A DNA stretch of 64,000 nucleotides from an uncultured Gemmatimonadaceae bacterium (GCA_963843845.1 CAWJMB010000002.1:3136001-3200000); one strand, 5' to 3'. Shown: positions 20,580 through 31,534, counted from the stretch's first letter. A program made the numbers and translations. The notes: generated by a model not told the origin, from the letters alone.

Positions 20580-21671
20580 TCATGTGGCCGGCACGAGCGC
20601 GGCCGACGCGGTCGCGATCGCGACGGCGACCGGCTCGCCGACTCGGTGCCCGCGCCCTCGATCGTCGAGGTCGACCAGGCTGTCGTCGACCAGCGCCACG
20701 CGCAGCGTCGTGGCGCCGCCCGCGAAGTGCGCGCTGACGATCGTTCCGGGCCACGCGTTCGGCATGTCGCGCGGCGCGAGCGAGAGCATCTCGGGCCGGA
20801 GCACGGCGAGCCATGCGCCGTCGCACCGTTCGTCGGCGGCCGCAGCCGGCGCACGCACCGCCACGAGCCGCTGGGCGACCCCGGCGACGGCGACCTCGGC
20901 GCCGTCGCCGTCACGGCGCGCGGCGAGGAACGACACTCGTCCCGTACGCCGCGCGACCGTCGCCGACCGCGGGGCATCGTAGAGCGCGGCCGGCGCGTCG
21001 ACGTGCAGCAACCGCCCGCCGTGCATCACCGCGACGCGATCGGCCACGGCGAACGCGTCGTCGCGGTCGTGCGTGACGAACAGCGCCGTGACGCCGGCCG
21101 CGCGCAGCCGCCGCGCGACCGCCTCGCGCGTCTCGATGCGCAGCGCCGGATCGAGACTCGCGAACGGCTCGTCCAGCAGCAGCACGCGCGGCCCGACGGC
21201 GAGCGACCGCGCGAGCGCGACACGCTGCTGCTCGCCCCCCGACAGCGAGCGCACGTCGCGCGCGCCGTACGCGCCGAGCCCGACGCCGGCCAGCGCATCG
21301 TCCGTCCGTCGTCGCCGTTCGTCGCCCGACACCCCGCGCGCGACGACCCCGAACTCGACGTTCCCGGCGACCGTGAGGTGCGGGAACAGCGCGCCGTGCT
21401 GGAAGACCATCCCGACGCCTCGCCGCTCGGGCGCCCACCGCGTCACGTCGTCGAGCGCGCCGGACGCGCGACCGATCCAGATCGTGCCGGCGTCGGGTCG
21501 ATCGTAGCCGGCGATCATGCGGAGGAGCGTCGTCTTCCCCGCTCCGGAGTCGCCCACGATCGCGAGCAGCTCGCCTGCGTGCACATCGAGCGACAGCGCG
21601 TCGACCGCAGCCCGCTCTGCGTCGGTATGGTGACGCGTGATGGCGCGGAGCGACAGGGCCGCGGATGACAT
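20580..21671 (-). CDS. ABC transporter ATP-binding protein (PotA/FbpC-like, TOBE tail)
   Basis: GDSGAGKT, LSGGEQQRVALAR, LLLDEPF, VTHD. Confidence 0.9.
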   Translation of the reverse strand: MSSAALSLRAITRHHTDAERAAVDALSLDVHAGELLAIVGDSGAGKTTLLRMIAGYDRPDAGTIWIGRASGALDDVTRWAPERRGVGMVFQHGALFPHLTVAGNVEFGVVARGVSGDERRRRTDDALAGVGLGAYGARDVRSLSGGEQQRVALARSLAVGPRVLLLDEPFASLDPALRIETREAVARRLRAAGVTALFVTHDRDDAFAVADRVAVMHGGRLLHVDAPAALYDAPRSATVARRTGRVSFLAARRDGDGAEVAVAGVAQRLVAVRAPAAAADERCDGAWLAVLRPEMLSLAPRDMPNAWPGTIVSAHFAGGATTLRVALVDDSLVDLDDRGRGHRVGEPVAVAIATASAALVPAT

Positions 21672-21681
21672 GAGAGGACGC

Positions 21682-24287
21682 CTACCGAGATGCGCTTCCC
21701 GTCGCCCCGCCAGCGAGCAGGTTCACGAACAGCCGCGCCGCGCCGGGATTCGTCGCGAGCAGTTGGCGGGGCAGGGAGAGCGTGGTGTACGTGTACGTTC
21801 CGCGCCCGTACGGCGCGACGAGGAGGGCGCCGGGAAGTGGCGCCTCACCGGCGTCGGCGACGGCGATCGGCGTCTGCCACCGCGCGTCGAACGACGCGGG
21901 CACGAACGCCGCGCGGTCCTGCACCCACCGCATGAAGTCCTCGACCGTGATGACGTTCGGCACGCGCAGCACGCGCGCGTTCGCGTTCAGCGGAGTCACC
22001 GGCGACGCCTCCTGCGTGACGAAGGACAGCGGCCTGCCCAACGCGATCGGGAACGGCAGCACCCCCGGCTGCTCCATCATCGTCTGCCCGCCCAACGCCA
22101 CGACCGCGCCCCCCGATCGCGCGTAGCCGAACAGCCTGTCGTTCGCCGAGAGCAGGGCCGGACTCAGCTCGAACGCCCGCGGCCCGATGACGAGCGCCGA
22201 GAAGCGCGACAGGTTCGCCGTCGGGAGCGCCAGCCCGTTCGGGTCGACGAGCGTCACGGGGATGCCGAGCTCGGAGAGCTTGAGCGGCACGCCGTCGTTC
22301 GCCGACGCGACGTAGCCGACGTACGGCGACGGCGGGAACGTCACGCGCACCGCCTGGATCGTCGTGAGCGCGGGGAAGTAGCGCCGCTGCGGCGGCACGT
22401 GGTCCGCCGCGACGACCGACGCCCCCCACCCGTACTCGTCGGGGCCGACGTGGACGCGTGCGCCGACCTCGTACTCGCCCGCTTTCGGCGTCCCGCGCAG
22501 TGTGTAGGTGAGCACCCCTGTCGCACCGCCGGGGAGCGTGATCCGTCGCGTCGTCGAGTCCGCGGTGAGTCCGGGTGGCAGCTTCAGCGTGACTCTCGCG
22601 TCGCGCGTCGCGGCGTAGGCCGACTGGATCGTGAGGCGCAGCGGCCGCACGAGCGCCGTCCCCGCGCGCGCGTACTGACTCGAGTAGTCGAATCGCACGC
22701 TCACCGCCGGGACGACCGCGACGGGTCGCTCGGCGACGCGCGACGGCTCGGTCGCGCGATTCACGACCGGCGCACCGACGACCGCGTCGGCCCCGCCGAT
22801 GCGCAGCATCGCCGAGACGTAGAGCGCGCCGGCGTCGTTCGTCTCCTGCATCTCGCGCTCGCTGCGGCCGTCGATCGTCGCCGCGTACAGGTCGCCGAAC
22901 CGGCCGTTCGCCGCCCACCACGGCTGCGTGACGTACCGCGGCGCGAGGGCGAGGGTGCCGCGCCAGACGCTGTCCGGCGCCAGTTCGACCCCCGGCGACG
23001 CGCGCACATTCGCCGCGCCGGTCATCGCCACGGCCTGCACGCGCACCGGCGCGGCGCCGCGCGCGAACACGCTCACCTGCACGCGCACGCTGTCCGTCGA
23101 GTCGGCGGCCGTGGCCTGCGCGACGATCTCGCGCTCCGCGGTCGCTTCGATCGCGACGCCGCTCGCCAGCACGAGCGCGGCGCGGGCGCGGCGCCACAGG
23201 TCCTCGAGCGAGCGCGCCGCGTCCGGGTCGCCGACCGCACCGGGCGCCGTGCCGCCGGTGAGCGCCGCCGCGTGTGCCGCGACGCGCGTGAGGATCGCGA
23301 GCGGCGCCACGGCCGCCGAAGGATCGCTCGGACGGTAGGCAGCGCGCGCCGCCGCGATGAGCGGTGCCAGCGAGTCGATGCGGGCGCCGAGGTCCGCCGG
23401 ATACGTCCGCGCGTCGATCCGCGCGAGCGTCGTGTCGACGCCGTCGAACAGCGACGGCGCCTCCCCGCCCTGCGCGGCGCGCGCCTGCGCGTCGAGTCGC
23501 TCGAGACGCACGACGGTGGTGCCTAACGCGCCGCGCACGAGCCCCCCCTGCGTGCGGTGCCGCGCGCGCGCCTCGGCCCCGAGCTCGGCGTACGTGGCGC
23601 CGAGCGCGGGGAGTACTCGCCGACGTTCAGCCGCACCGTCGTGCGCAGCGCCGCGTCCGCCTCTTCGGCGCGCACGACGCGGTAGAGCGCCGTCGCCGCC
23701 CACGGCCGGCCGAACGGCAGCAGCGCGCGCGACGTGTCGCCGGCGGCGGCGAACGCTTCGCGCACGAGCCGCCCGGTCGCCTGGTGCTGCCCGTGGCCGT
23801 CGGCGGGCACGCCCTCGTAGACGGTGACGACGACGTGCGGCCGGAAGCTGCGCAGGATCGTGAGCAGGTCGGCGAGCGCGGCGCGCCCGCCCCGCGGGTC
23901 GCTCCATCGGGTCAGCGCCTCGGTGCCGGTCTTCGACGCGCCGAAGTCGTAGGCGCGCGTGAAGTACTGCTCGGCCCCGTCCACCCGCCGCGCGTCGAGC
24001 GACTCGGCCGTGCGGATCATGCCTAACGCTTCGCCGGTCTCGCTACCCGACAGGTTCGCCCCGCCCTCACCGCGCGTGAGCGACAGGTAGGCCGTGCGCA
24101 CCCGCCGACCGCGCGCGAGCAACGCGAGCAGCGCCGAGGGCTCGTCGTCCGGGTGCGCGCCGATCACGAGCACGCGGGCGCTCGTGCCGAGGCCGTCGAC
24201 GAGGGTGCCTAACGCCGCGGCGCCCCGCTCCTGTCCACGCGCGAGCGTCGGAACGGCGAGCAGCAAGGCGAGCGCGAGTCGACGCAT
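21682..24287 (-). CDS. Large secreted PIG-L/LmbE family deacetylase (paralog 2), frameshifted near 23610
   Basis: GAHPDDE, LTRGEGG, GHGQHQ; C-terminal half in ORF 21682-23907; break at a G/C homopolymer. Confidence 0.85.
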
Positions 24288-24303
24288 GTGGAGTGGGCTG
24301 AAG

Positions 24304-24327
24304 TTTCTACTACTCGGATAGTAGAAA
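24304..24327. promoter_or_regulatory. Palindrome matching the blaI operator
   Basis: TTTCTACTA-ctcgga-TAGTAGAAA, containing TACTAC-tcgg-ATAGTA, about 17 bp upstream of ATG 24287. Confidence 0.6.
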
Positions 24328-24397
24328 GCCGCGCTCGGCGAAAATCAAGAGATGGGGGGTCCGGTCCTGCGGATCGGGCCGATGCGCCCCTCGTCTC

Positions 24398-26944
24398 CTA
24401 CTGAAGCGCCGGCCCGTTCGCAGCGAGCAGGTTCACGAACAGGCGTGCCGCGCCAGGATTGCCGGCGGGCAATTGCCGCGGGAACGAGAGCGTCGAGTAC
24501 ACCCACGTTCCCTTGCCGTACGACGCGACGAGCAGCGTCCCCCGGTTCGCGGGCTCTCCCGGATCGCTCATCGCGAGCGGCGCCTGATACGCCGGATCGA
24601 ACGACCGCAGCAGGTAGCGCGCGCGCTCCTGGATCCATCCGTCGAAGTCCGACGCGGTGATGCGGTTCGGCGTCGTGAGGACGCCCGCGGTCGGCGCCGT
24701 GATCGTCACCGGCGCGTCGGGGTGCGTCACGCGCCCGGTCGGCTGCGCGACGGCGATCGGGAACGGCGCGATCCCCGGCCGCTGCATCTCCGTCTGCCCG
24801 CTCTGCACGACCATCGTGCCCCCGTTCCTGACCCACGCGAGCAACCGCGCGTTGTTCGCGATCAGCGCATCGTTCGCGTCGTAGGCGCGCTGGCCGACGA
24901 CGATCGCCGTGTAGCGCGACAGATCGCCCGTCGCGAGCCCCGCCGCGTCGAGTATCGTGACCGGCAGCCCGAGCTCCTGCAGCATCGGCGCGACGTTGTC
25001 GCCGACGCCCGGCACGTACGCGACGTTCGCGCGCGGCGGCAGCGTCACTTGGACCGACGACAGCCGCGTCGTCGCGGGGCGGTAGAGGCGCAGCGGGCGG
25101 ATGTGGTCGTAGTCGACGAGCTGGTAGCCCTCCGCGAACGTCTCGCCCTCGCTCTCCGCGGTCGCCCGGACCGCATGCTCGCCGGGCGCCAGCGTGCCGC
25201 GCACCGTGAACGCGACGTCGGCCTGCGCGTCGTAGCGCGGCAGCGTCACGCGCCGCGTCGTCGAGTCGGCCGTCAGACCGTTCGGCAGGTGCAGCCGCAC
25301 CGTCACGTCGCGCGACGTCGGGCTCGCCGAGCGAAGGCGGACGTGGACGGTGCGTACGAGCGGCGTGTTGGCCCGCGCGTACTCGACCGCGTGGTCGAGC
25401 GTGACGGCGATGGCCGGCGCGGCCGCGATCGGACGGCGCACGTCGCCACGCACCGGGTCGGCGGTGCGGAACACGACCGGCGCTCGCACGTCGAACCCGG
25501 TGCCGGCCATGCCGTCGATGCTGACGTGGACCGGGATGCGGAAGCCGTCGTCGCGCGTCTCGGCGACGCCGACGCCGCTCGTGGGCGTGAACAGGTCGCC
25601 GCGCCGCGGCTCGACGAGCCACCACGGCTGCGTCGGCGTCTCCGCGCCATAGCGCGCCCAGCCGAGCAGTGGGCGCGCGCCGGTGAGCGGCACGGTGAAC
25701 GTCAGGCTGCTGTCGGGGAGCACGCGGGTGCCGCTGCGGAGGTCGGCGACGTCCCCGTAGCCGAGCCGCGCGTTGACGTGGCGCGCGCCGCGATTGTAGA
25801 CGGTGACGCGCGCCGTGCCCGTGTCGCCCAGCGCGATCACCTCGCGCGGCACCTCGGCCTCGACGGCCACGCCCGTCGCGAGGGCCAGCGCGTCGCTCAC
25901 CTTCCGGTCGAGCGCGCGGCCCCCTTCCGTGAGCAGACAGCCGACGAGCGCACGCGACAGCCGGTCGAGCGGCGGCACGAGCGCGTCCGGGCGCCGCGCG
26001 TCGAAGCTCTGCTGCGCGGCGCGGATCGCCGCGCCGATCGAGTCGGCGCGCGCGCGCGTGCACGTCCCGCCGCCGAGCGCGAGGGCGCCGACCGCGGTCG
26101 TGTCGATCCCGTCGAACAGATCGCGCTCGCGCGCCGCCGGCGTCCCCTCGTTCACCCGCGACGCCTCGCGCGTCAGCGAGACGATCGACACGCCCTTCCG
26201 CTCGAGCCCCCCCTGCCCCTGCGACTTGTGCTGCGTGCGGCTCTCCGCCGCGATCTCGGCGTACGACCGGCCGAGCAGCGGGTCGTACTGCCCGGCGTTG
26301 TAGCGCAGCGTCGCCGTCTCCGCGCCGCGGTAGCTGCGCGAGCGGTAGAACTTCGGCACCGCCCACGGCGCGCCGAAGGTCGCCGCCGGAAAGCGCACCG
26401 TGTCGGCCGACGCGTCGTACGCCTCGCGCGCGATGATCCCCGACGCCTGGTGGTGCCCGTGGCCGTCGGCCGGCGTGCCGCTCCAGATCGCGATGACGAC
26501 GTGCGGCCGGAAGGCGCGCACGACCTTGACCGCGTCGCCGAGCACCGCGTCGTGCGGCCAGTGCTGGAACGTCTCCTCGGCCGTCTTCGAGAAGCCGAAG
26601 TCGAACGCGCGCCCGAAGTACTGGCGGCCGCCGTCGATGCGGCGCGCGGCGAGCAGCTCCTCGGTGCGGATGGCGCCCAGCGCCTCGCCGAGCTCGTTGC
26701 CGATCAGGTTCTGCCCGCCGTCGCCGCGCGTGAGCGACAGGTACGCCGTCTCCGCGTGGCGCCCCTTCGCGAGCAGCGTGATGAGGCGCGTGTCCTCGTC
26801 GTCCGGGTGCGCGGCGATGACGAGCACCCGCGCGTGCATGCCGAGCCCGTCGACGAGACTGCCTAACGCGGCGGCCCCGCGGTCCTGGGCGGAGCTTCGT
26901 GTCGCCGCGAGCAGGAGCAACGCGGCGCAGGCGAGTCGTTTCAT
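24398..26944 (-). CDS. Large secreted PIG-L/LmbE family deacetylase (paralog 1)
   Basis: Signal peptide, AAHPDDED, LTRGDGGQN, GHGHHQ, SRTQHKSQG. Confidence 0.9.
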   Translation of the reverse strand: MKRLACAALLLLAATRSSAQDRGAAALGSLVDGLGMHARVLVIAAHPDDEDTRLITLLAKGRHAETAYLSLTRGDGGQNLIGNELGEALGAIRTEELLAARRIDGGRQYFGRAFDFGFSKTAEETFQHWPHDAVLGDAVKVVRAFRPHVVIAIWSGTPADGHGHHQASGIIAREAYDASADTVRFPAATFGAPWAVPKFYRSRSYRGAETATLRYNAGQYDPLLGRSYAEIAAESRTQHKSQGQGGLERKGVSIVSLTREASRVNEGTPAARERDLFDGIDTTAVGALALGGGTCTRARADSIGAAIRAAQQSFDARRPDALVPPLDRLSRALVGCLLTEGGRALDRKVSDALALATGVAVEAEVPREVIALGDTGTARVTVYNRGARHVNARLGYGDVADLRSGTRVLPDSSLTFTVPLTGARPLLGWARYGAETPTQPWWLVEPRRGDLFTPTSGVGVAETRDDGFRIPVHVSIDGMAGTGFDVRAPVVFRTADPVRGDVRRPIAAAPAIAVTLDHAVEYARANTPLVRTVHVRLRSASPTSRDVTVRLHLPNGLTADSTTRRVTLPRYDAQADVAFTVRGTLAPGEHAVRATAESEGETFAEGYQLVDYDHIRPLRLYRPATTRLSSVQVTLPPRANVAYVPGVGDNVAPMLQELGLPVTILDAAGLATGDLSRYTAIVVGQRAYDANDALIANNARLLAWVRNGGTMVVQSGQTEMQRPGIAPFPIAVAQPTGRVTHPDAPVTITAPTAGVLTTPNRITASDFDGWIQERARYLLRSFDPAYQAPLAMSDPGEPANRGTLLVASYGKGTWVYSTLSFPRQLPAGNPGAARLFVNLLAANGPALQ

Positions 26945-26968
26945 GTGGGGACAGAGCCGCCAGTCATC

Positions 26969-29758
26969 TCACACCGCCGCGCCCGTGCGCGACGACGCCG
27001 GCTTCGCGGAGGGCTCGGCAGGGGCGTCGGCCGCGACGGCCAACGCCTCCGCCACGATCCGCGCCTGCTCCGCCTTGTGATCGGCCTCGTACCCCTCGGC
27101 CGGGCTCGCGCGCTCGGGGCGGCCGACGTAGGTGAGCGCGCGATCGCCGACGAGCGCGCGAAGCCGCGGCGCGGCGAACGTCCAGGCGCCCATGTTCTGC
27201 GGCTCCTCCTGCGCCCACACGACCTCGCGCGCGTTCGGGTAGCCGGCCAGCACGGTGCCCAACGCCTCCGCCGGCCACGGATACAGCTCCTCGACCCGCA
27301 CGACCGCGACCGAGTCGGGGACCACCTGCCCGACGGTGAGATCGTAGTACATCTTCGCCGTGCACAGCACGACGCGCTCGATCGTCCGAGCCTGGCCCGA
27401 GCGCAGCGAGGGCTCGATGACCGGCTGGAAGCCGCCGCTCGCGAGGTCGCTCAGCCGGCTCGCCGCGTTCGGCAGGCGGAGCAGCGACTTCGGCTGCATG
27501 AGGATGAGCGGCCGGCGCGGCGTGCGCTTCGCCTGGCGGCGCAGCACGTGGAAGTACTGCGCCGGCGTCGACGGGTACGCGACGACGACGTTTCCCTCGG
27601 CGCTCGCTTGCAGGAACCGCTCGAGGCGGGCCGACGAGTGCTCCGGGCCACCCCCCTCGTAGCCGTGCGGCAGCAGCAGCACGAGCCCCGAGTCGACGTG
27701 CCACTTCGCGCGGTCGGCGACGAGATACTGATCGATGATGACCTGGGCGACGTTCACGAAGTCGCCGTACTGCGCCTCCCACAGGGCGAGCGTGTCCGGC
27801 GCCGCGACGCTGTAGCCGTAGTCGAACCCCATCACCGCCGTCTCGGAGAGCGGGCTGTTCACGATCTCGAACGTCCCGGTCGCGTTCGGCAGGTCGCGCA
27901 ACGGCGTGATCGTCGCGCCCGTCTTCGCGTCGTGCAGCACCGCGTTCCGGTGGCCGAACGTGCCGCGCTCCGCGTCCTGCCCCGTGAGGCGCACCGACGT
28001 CCCCTCGGCGAGCAGCGACGCGAACGCCAGCGCCTCCGCCTGCCCCCACTCGATGCCGCCGGCGTCGCCGAGCGTCTCGCCGCGGCGGGCGAGGATCTTT
28101 CCGAGACGGGGGTGCGGCGTGAAGTCGCTCGGCCACGCCAGCAGCGCCGCATTCAACTCCGTGAGCCGCGCGGCATCGACCGCCGTCTCGACCGGCTGCG
28201 GCGGCGGCGCGGGTGGTCCCTCGGGCGACGGGTCCTCTGTCGCCCCGTCGAGCGCGCGCACACGCGCGTACGCCGCATCGAAGCGCGCGCGCGCCTCCTG
28301 GTCGATGCGCTCCACGTCCGCCGCCGCGAGGACGCCATCCCGCACGAGCCGAGCGCCGAACACCTGCCGCGGCGTGGGGTGCGCGCGGACCTTCTCGTAG
28401 AGCAGCGGCTGCGTGAACGCCGGCTCGTCGGTCTCGTTGTGCCCCCAGCGGCGGTAGCCGACGAGGTCGATCAGCACGTCCTTCCCGAATTGCGTGCGGT
28501 ACGCGATCCCGATGCGCACCGCGGCGATGCACGCGCCGGCGTCGTCGCCGTTCACGTGGATCACCGGAATGTCGAACCCCTTCGCGAGATCGCTCGCGTA
28601 GTGCGTCGAGCGCGAGTCGATCGGGTCGGTCGTGAAGCCGACCTGGTTGTTCGTGATGATGTGCAGCGTGCCGCCGACGGCGTAGCCGGGCAGCTTCGAC
28701 ATGTTCAGCGACTCCGCGACCACCCCTTCGCCCATGAACGCGGCGTCGCCGTGGACCACGATCGGGAGCACGCGCGTCTCGTCACGCTCGCCGCGGGTGT
28801 CGGGCACCCGCTGCCGCGCCCGCGCCATCCCGTCGGCGACGCAGCCCGTGAACTCGAGGTGGCTCGGGTTCGGCACGAGCTCCAGCGCGACCTCGGCGTC
28901 GCCGACCGTGCGCGTCGAGACGTACCCCATGTGGTACTTCACGTCGCCGGTCTCGTTGTCGCTCGCGGCCGGGTGCCGCCCCTCGAACTCGCCGAACAGC
29001 ACCTCGTACGGCTTTCCCATCGTGTGCGTCAGCACGTTGAGGCGCCCGCGGTGCGCCATCCCGATGATGACCGACCGTGCTCCCGCCGCCGCCGACTCCG
29101 CGATCGCCGCGTCGAGCATCGGCACGAGCGCGTCGGTCCCCTCGATCGAGAACCGCTTCTTCCCCTGGTAGCGAAAGCCGAGGTAGCGCTCGAGCCCATC
29201 GACTTCGGTGAGCCGCACCAACAGGGCCCGGCTCTCGTCCGCGGACAGCGGGCGCGTCAGGCGCTCCTCGCGCAGCATCTGGCGGAACCACTCGCGCTCC
29301 GTGTCGCTCGAGACGTGCGAGTACTGTATGCCTAACGTCGACGAGTAGCGCTCGCGCAGCAGCCGCACGACGTCCCCGGCCGTCGTGAACCGATCGTCGA
29401 AGCCGAGCGCCGACGCGGGAACCTGCTCGAGGTCCTCCTCGGTGATGCCGTAGAACTCGGGCGTCAGCTCGCGCGCGCCGATCGGCGGGGTGCCTAACGG
29501 ATCGATCTGCACCGCGAGGTGACCGAACTCGCGCAGCCCTTCGACCAGCCCGGCCGCGCCCGCCGACTTGCGCGCGAGCGCCGGATCGCTGTCGCCCCGG
29601 CTCGCGCTCGCTCCGCCGACGAGGCCGGCGAGCGATTCGGCGGCCCGGAAGTACTGGCGCCACGACTCGTCGACCGAGCCGGGTTCGCGACGATAGTGCT
29701 CGTACTGCTCGGCGATGTACGCGTCGTTGAAGACGCTCGTGATGGCGGGAGAAGGCAT
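26969..29758 (-). CDS. sucA: 2-oxoglutarate dehydrogenase E1
   Basis: KRFSIEG, GMAHRGRLNVL, GDVKYH, HGDAAF, WEAQYGDF, EHSSARLERF. Confidence 0.97.
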   Translation of the reverse strand: MPSPAITSVFNDAYIAEQYEHYRREPGSVDESWRQYFRAAESLAGLVGGASASRGDSDPALARKSAGAAGLVEGLREFGHLAVQIDPLGTPPIGARELTPEFYGITEEDLEQVPASALGFDDRFTTAGDVVRLLRERYSSTLGIQYSHVSSDTEREWFRQMLREERLTRPLSADESRALLVRLTEVDGLERYLGFRYQGKKRFSIEGTDALVPMLDAAIAESAAAGARSVIIGMAHRGRLNVLTHTMGKPYEVLFGEFEGRHPAASDNETGDVKYHMGYVSTRTVGDAEVALELVPNPSHLEFTGCVADGMARARQRVPDTRGERDETRVLPIVVHGDAAFMGEGVVAESLNMSKLPGYAVGGTLHIITNNQVGFTTDPIDSRSTHYASDLAKGFDIPVIHVNGDDAGACIAAVRIGIAYRTQFGKDVLIDLVGYRRWGHNETDEPAFTQPLLYEKVRAHPTPRQVFGARLVRDGVLAAADVERIDQEARARFDAAYARVRALDGATEDPSPEGPPAPPPQPVETAVDAARLTELNAALLAWPSDFTPHPRLGKILARRGETLGDAGGIEWGQAEALAFASLLAEGTSVRLTGQDAERGTFGHRNAVLHDAKTGATITPLRDLPNATGTFEIVNSPLSETAVMGFDYGYSVAAPDTLALWEAQYGDFVNVAQVIIDQYLVADRAKWHVDSGLVLLLPHGYEGGGPEHSSARLERFLQASAEGNVVVAYPSTPAQYFHVLRRQAKRTPRRPLILMQPKSLLRLPNAASRLSDLASGGFQPVIEPSLRSGQARTIERVVLCTAKMYYDLTVGQVVPDSVAVVRVEELYPWPAEALGTVLAGYPNAREVVWAQEEPQNMGAWTFAAPRLRALVGDRALTYVGRPERASPAEGYEADHKAEQARIVAEALAVAADAPAEPSAKPASSRTGAAV

Positions 29759-29767
29759 GAGCGAAAT

Positions 29768-31534
29768 TTAGCTGCCGGGGATCGGGGATCGGAGATCGGA
29801 GATCGGTTGCCGCTGACCGCCCGAACCCCGATCCCCGACCCCGGGCAGGACGAGCGTGAACGTCGACCCCCGTCCAGGCGCCGACTCGAGCTCGATGCGC
29901 CCGCCGAGCAGCTCGGCCAGCCGGCGCGAGATGTAGAGGCCGAGGCCCGTGCCGCCGTAGCGGCGGGTGAGTCCGGTGTCGAGCTGGGTGAACGGTTGGA
30001 ACAGTCGCCCGACGTCCTCGGGGGCGATGCCGACGCCGGTGTCGCTCACCGCGAAGCGCACGCCGCCCGTGCCGTCCGGCGCGACGCGCACGGCGACCGA
30101 CCCGCGGTGCGTGAACTTCGACGCGTTCCCCGCGAGGTTCACGAGGATCTGCCGGACCTTGTCGGGGTCCGAGACGAGCGGCGGCAGCGGCTCCGCGACC
30201 TCCGCGCTGTACGCCAGCCCCTTCTGCACCGCGAGCGGCTCGACGACCGACGCGACGCCCAGCAGCACCTCGGCCGGATCGAACGGACGGGGGCGCACGA
30301 GCTCGCGCCCGGCTTCGAGGCTCGAGAAGGTGAGGATCTCCTCGATCATCGCCGTGAGCTGATGCGTCACCGCGCGCACGCGCTCGACGATCTCGCCCTG
30401 CCCCGCCGTGAGCGGCCCGACGATCTCGTCGGCGAGCAGCTCGCCGTAGCCGGTGAGGGCGGTGAGCGGCGTACGCAGCTCGTGGCTCACCATCGCCAGG
30501 AAGTTGCTCTTCGTCGTGTTCGCCGTGATCGCCTCGTCGATGAGTCGCGCCTTCCACAGCGCGAGCGAGGCGTGGTCGGCGATCACGCGCAGCCGCCCCT
30601 CGTCCACTTCGGAGAAGGGCGGCTGCCCCCGCGCGCGCGACACCGCGAGCACGCCGAGCAGCTCGCCGTGTGCGCCCAACGGTGCGAGCAGCAGCGGCCC
30701 GACGAGCCGCCCGTCGTCGAGATGCGGAAAGAACGCGCTGTCGTCCGCCTCGCCGGCCTCGGCGCGCGCGGCGGTCAGGCGCCCGGTCCGCCGATACTCG
30801 TCGAGCGCGCGGGCGGAGAGCGTGCCGGCGAGCGGGAACTCGCGCCCGCGGAGCGCGTCCGGGTGCCCGACGATCCCGACGAAGCGACCGATCTCGCCGT
30901 CGAGCTCCGCGACCGTGCCGCCGTTCGCGTCGCACAGCTCGACCGCCGCGCGGCACACCGTGTCGATCAGCGTCGCCGCGTCGGCCTCGGCGGCGACGGC
31001 GCGCGTCAACGCACGGAGCCGCTCCTGCTCCGTCGTGCCGTTCGGCGCGGGACGGAGGGTCACGGTGAGGAGGCCGCTCCGCGTGCGGCGCGCGACGAGG
31101 TCCACCGCGCGTGTCGGCCCCCCGCCGCCGCCCGGCGCGAGTCGCACGCCGCGCGTCAGCCCATCGCGGCTCACCGCGCGGAGCGCCGCCGCGTGGGCGT
31201 CGGTCTCCGGACAGTCGACGACGTCGAAGAGCCGACGGCCGACGAGGTCGTCGACCCGCAGCCCGAGCGCGTCGGCGCACGCGGCGTTCGCATAGCGCAC
31301 CGCGAGCGTCGCGTCGAGGCAGAGGACCCCCGTGTCGAGCAGCGCGAGCGTCTCGAGCGCGTCGAGCGACGGAAACGCTTCACGATCGCGCACGTCGCGA
31401 TCGCTCGCCGCGAGCGGTTCGCGGGGCACCGCACCGTGCGCGGCACCGTGCGCGGCACCGTGCGCGGCAGCGTGCGCGGCAGCATGGCGCGCCGAGTGTG
31501 GGCGCGCCGGGTCGTGCGAGTCAGGCGAGCGCAA
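29768..31534 (-). CDS. PAS-GAF sensor histidine kinase
   Basis: SHELRTPL, NASKFT, DTGVG, GGTGLGL; start uncertain. Confidence 0.88.
   Translation of the reverse strand: MRSPDSHDPARPHSARHAAAHAAAHGAAHGAAHGAVPREPLAASDRDVRDREAFPSLDALETLALLDTGVLCLDATLAVRYANAACADALGLRVDDLVGRRLFDVVDCPETDAHAAALRAVSRDGLTRGVRLAPGGGGGPTRAVDLVARRTRSGLLTVTLRPAPNGTTEQERLRALTRAVAAEADAATLIDTVCRAAVELCDANGGTVAELDGEIGRFVGIVGHPDALRGREFPLAGTLSARALDEYRRTGRLTAARAEAGEADDSAFFPHLDDGRLVGPLLLAPLGAHGELLGVLAVSRARGQPPFSEVDEGRLRVIADHASLALWKARLIDEAITANTTKSNFLAMVSHELRTPLTALTGYGELLADEIVGPLTAGQGEIVERVRAVTHQLTAMIEEILTFSSLEAGRELVRPRPFDPAEVLLGVASVVEPLAVQKGLAYSAEVAEPLPPLVSDPDKVRQILVNLAGNASKFTHRGSVAVRVAPDGTGGVRFAVSDTGVGIAPEDVGRLFQPFTQLDTGLTRRYGGTGLGLYISRRLAELLGGRIELESAPGRGSTFTLVLPGVGDRGSGGQRQPISDLRSPIPGS
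29776..29842. repeat. Heptamer tandem and inverted repeat within the kinase 3' end
   Basis: CGG(G/A)GAT x4 at 29776-29803; complementary CCCCGATCCCCG at 29826-29837. Confidence 0.7.
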
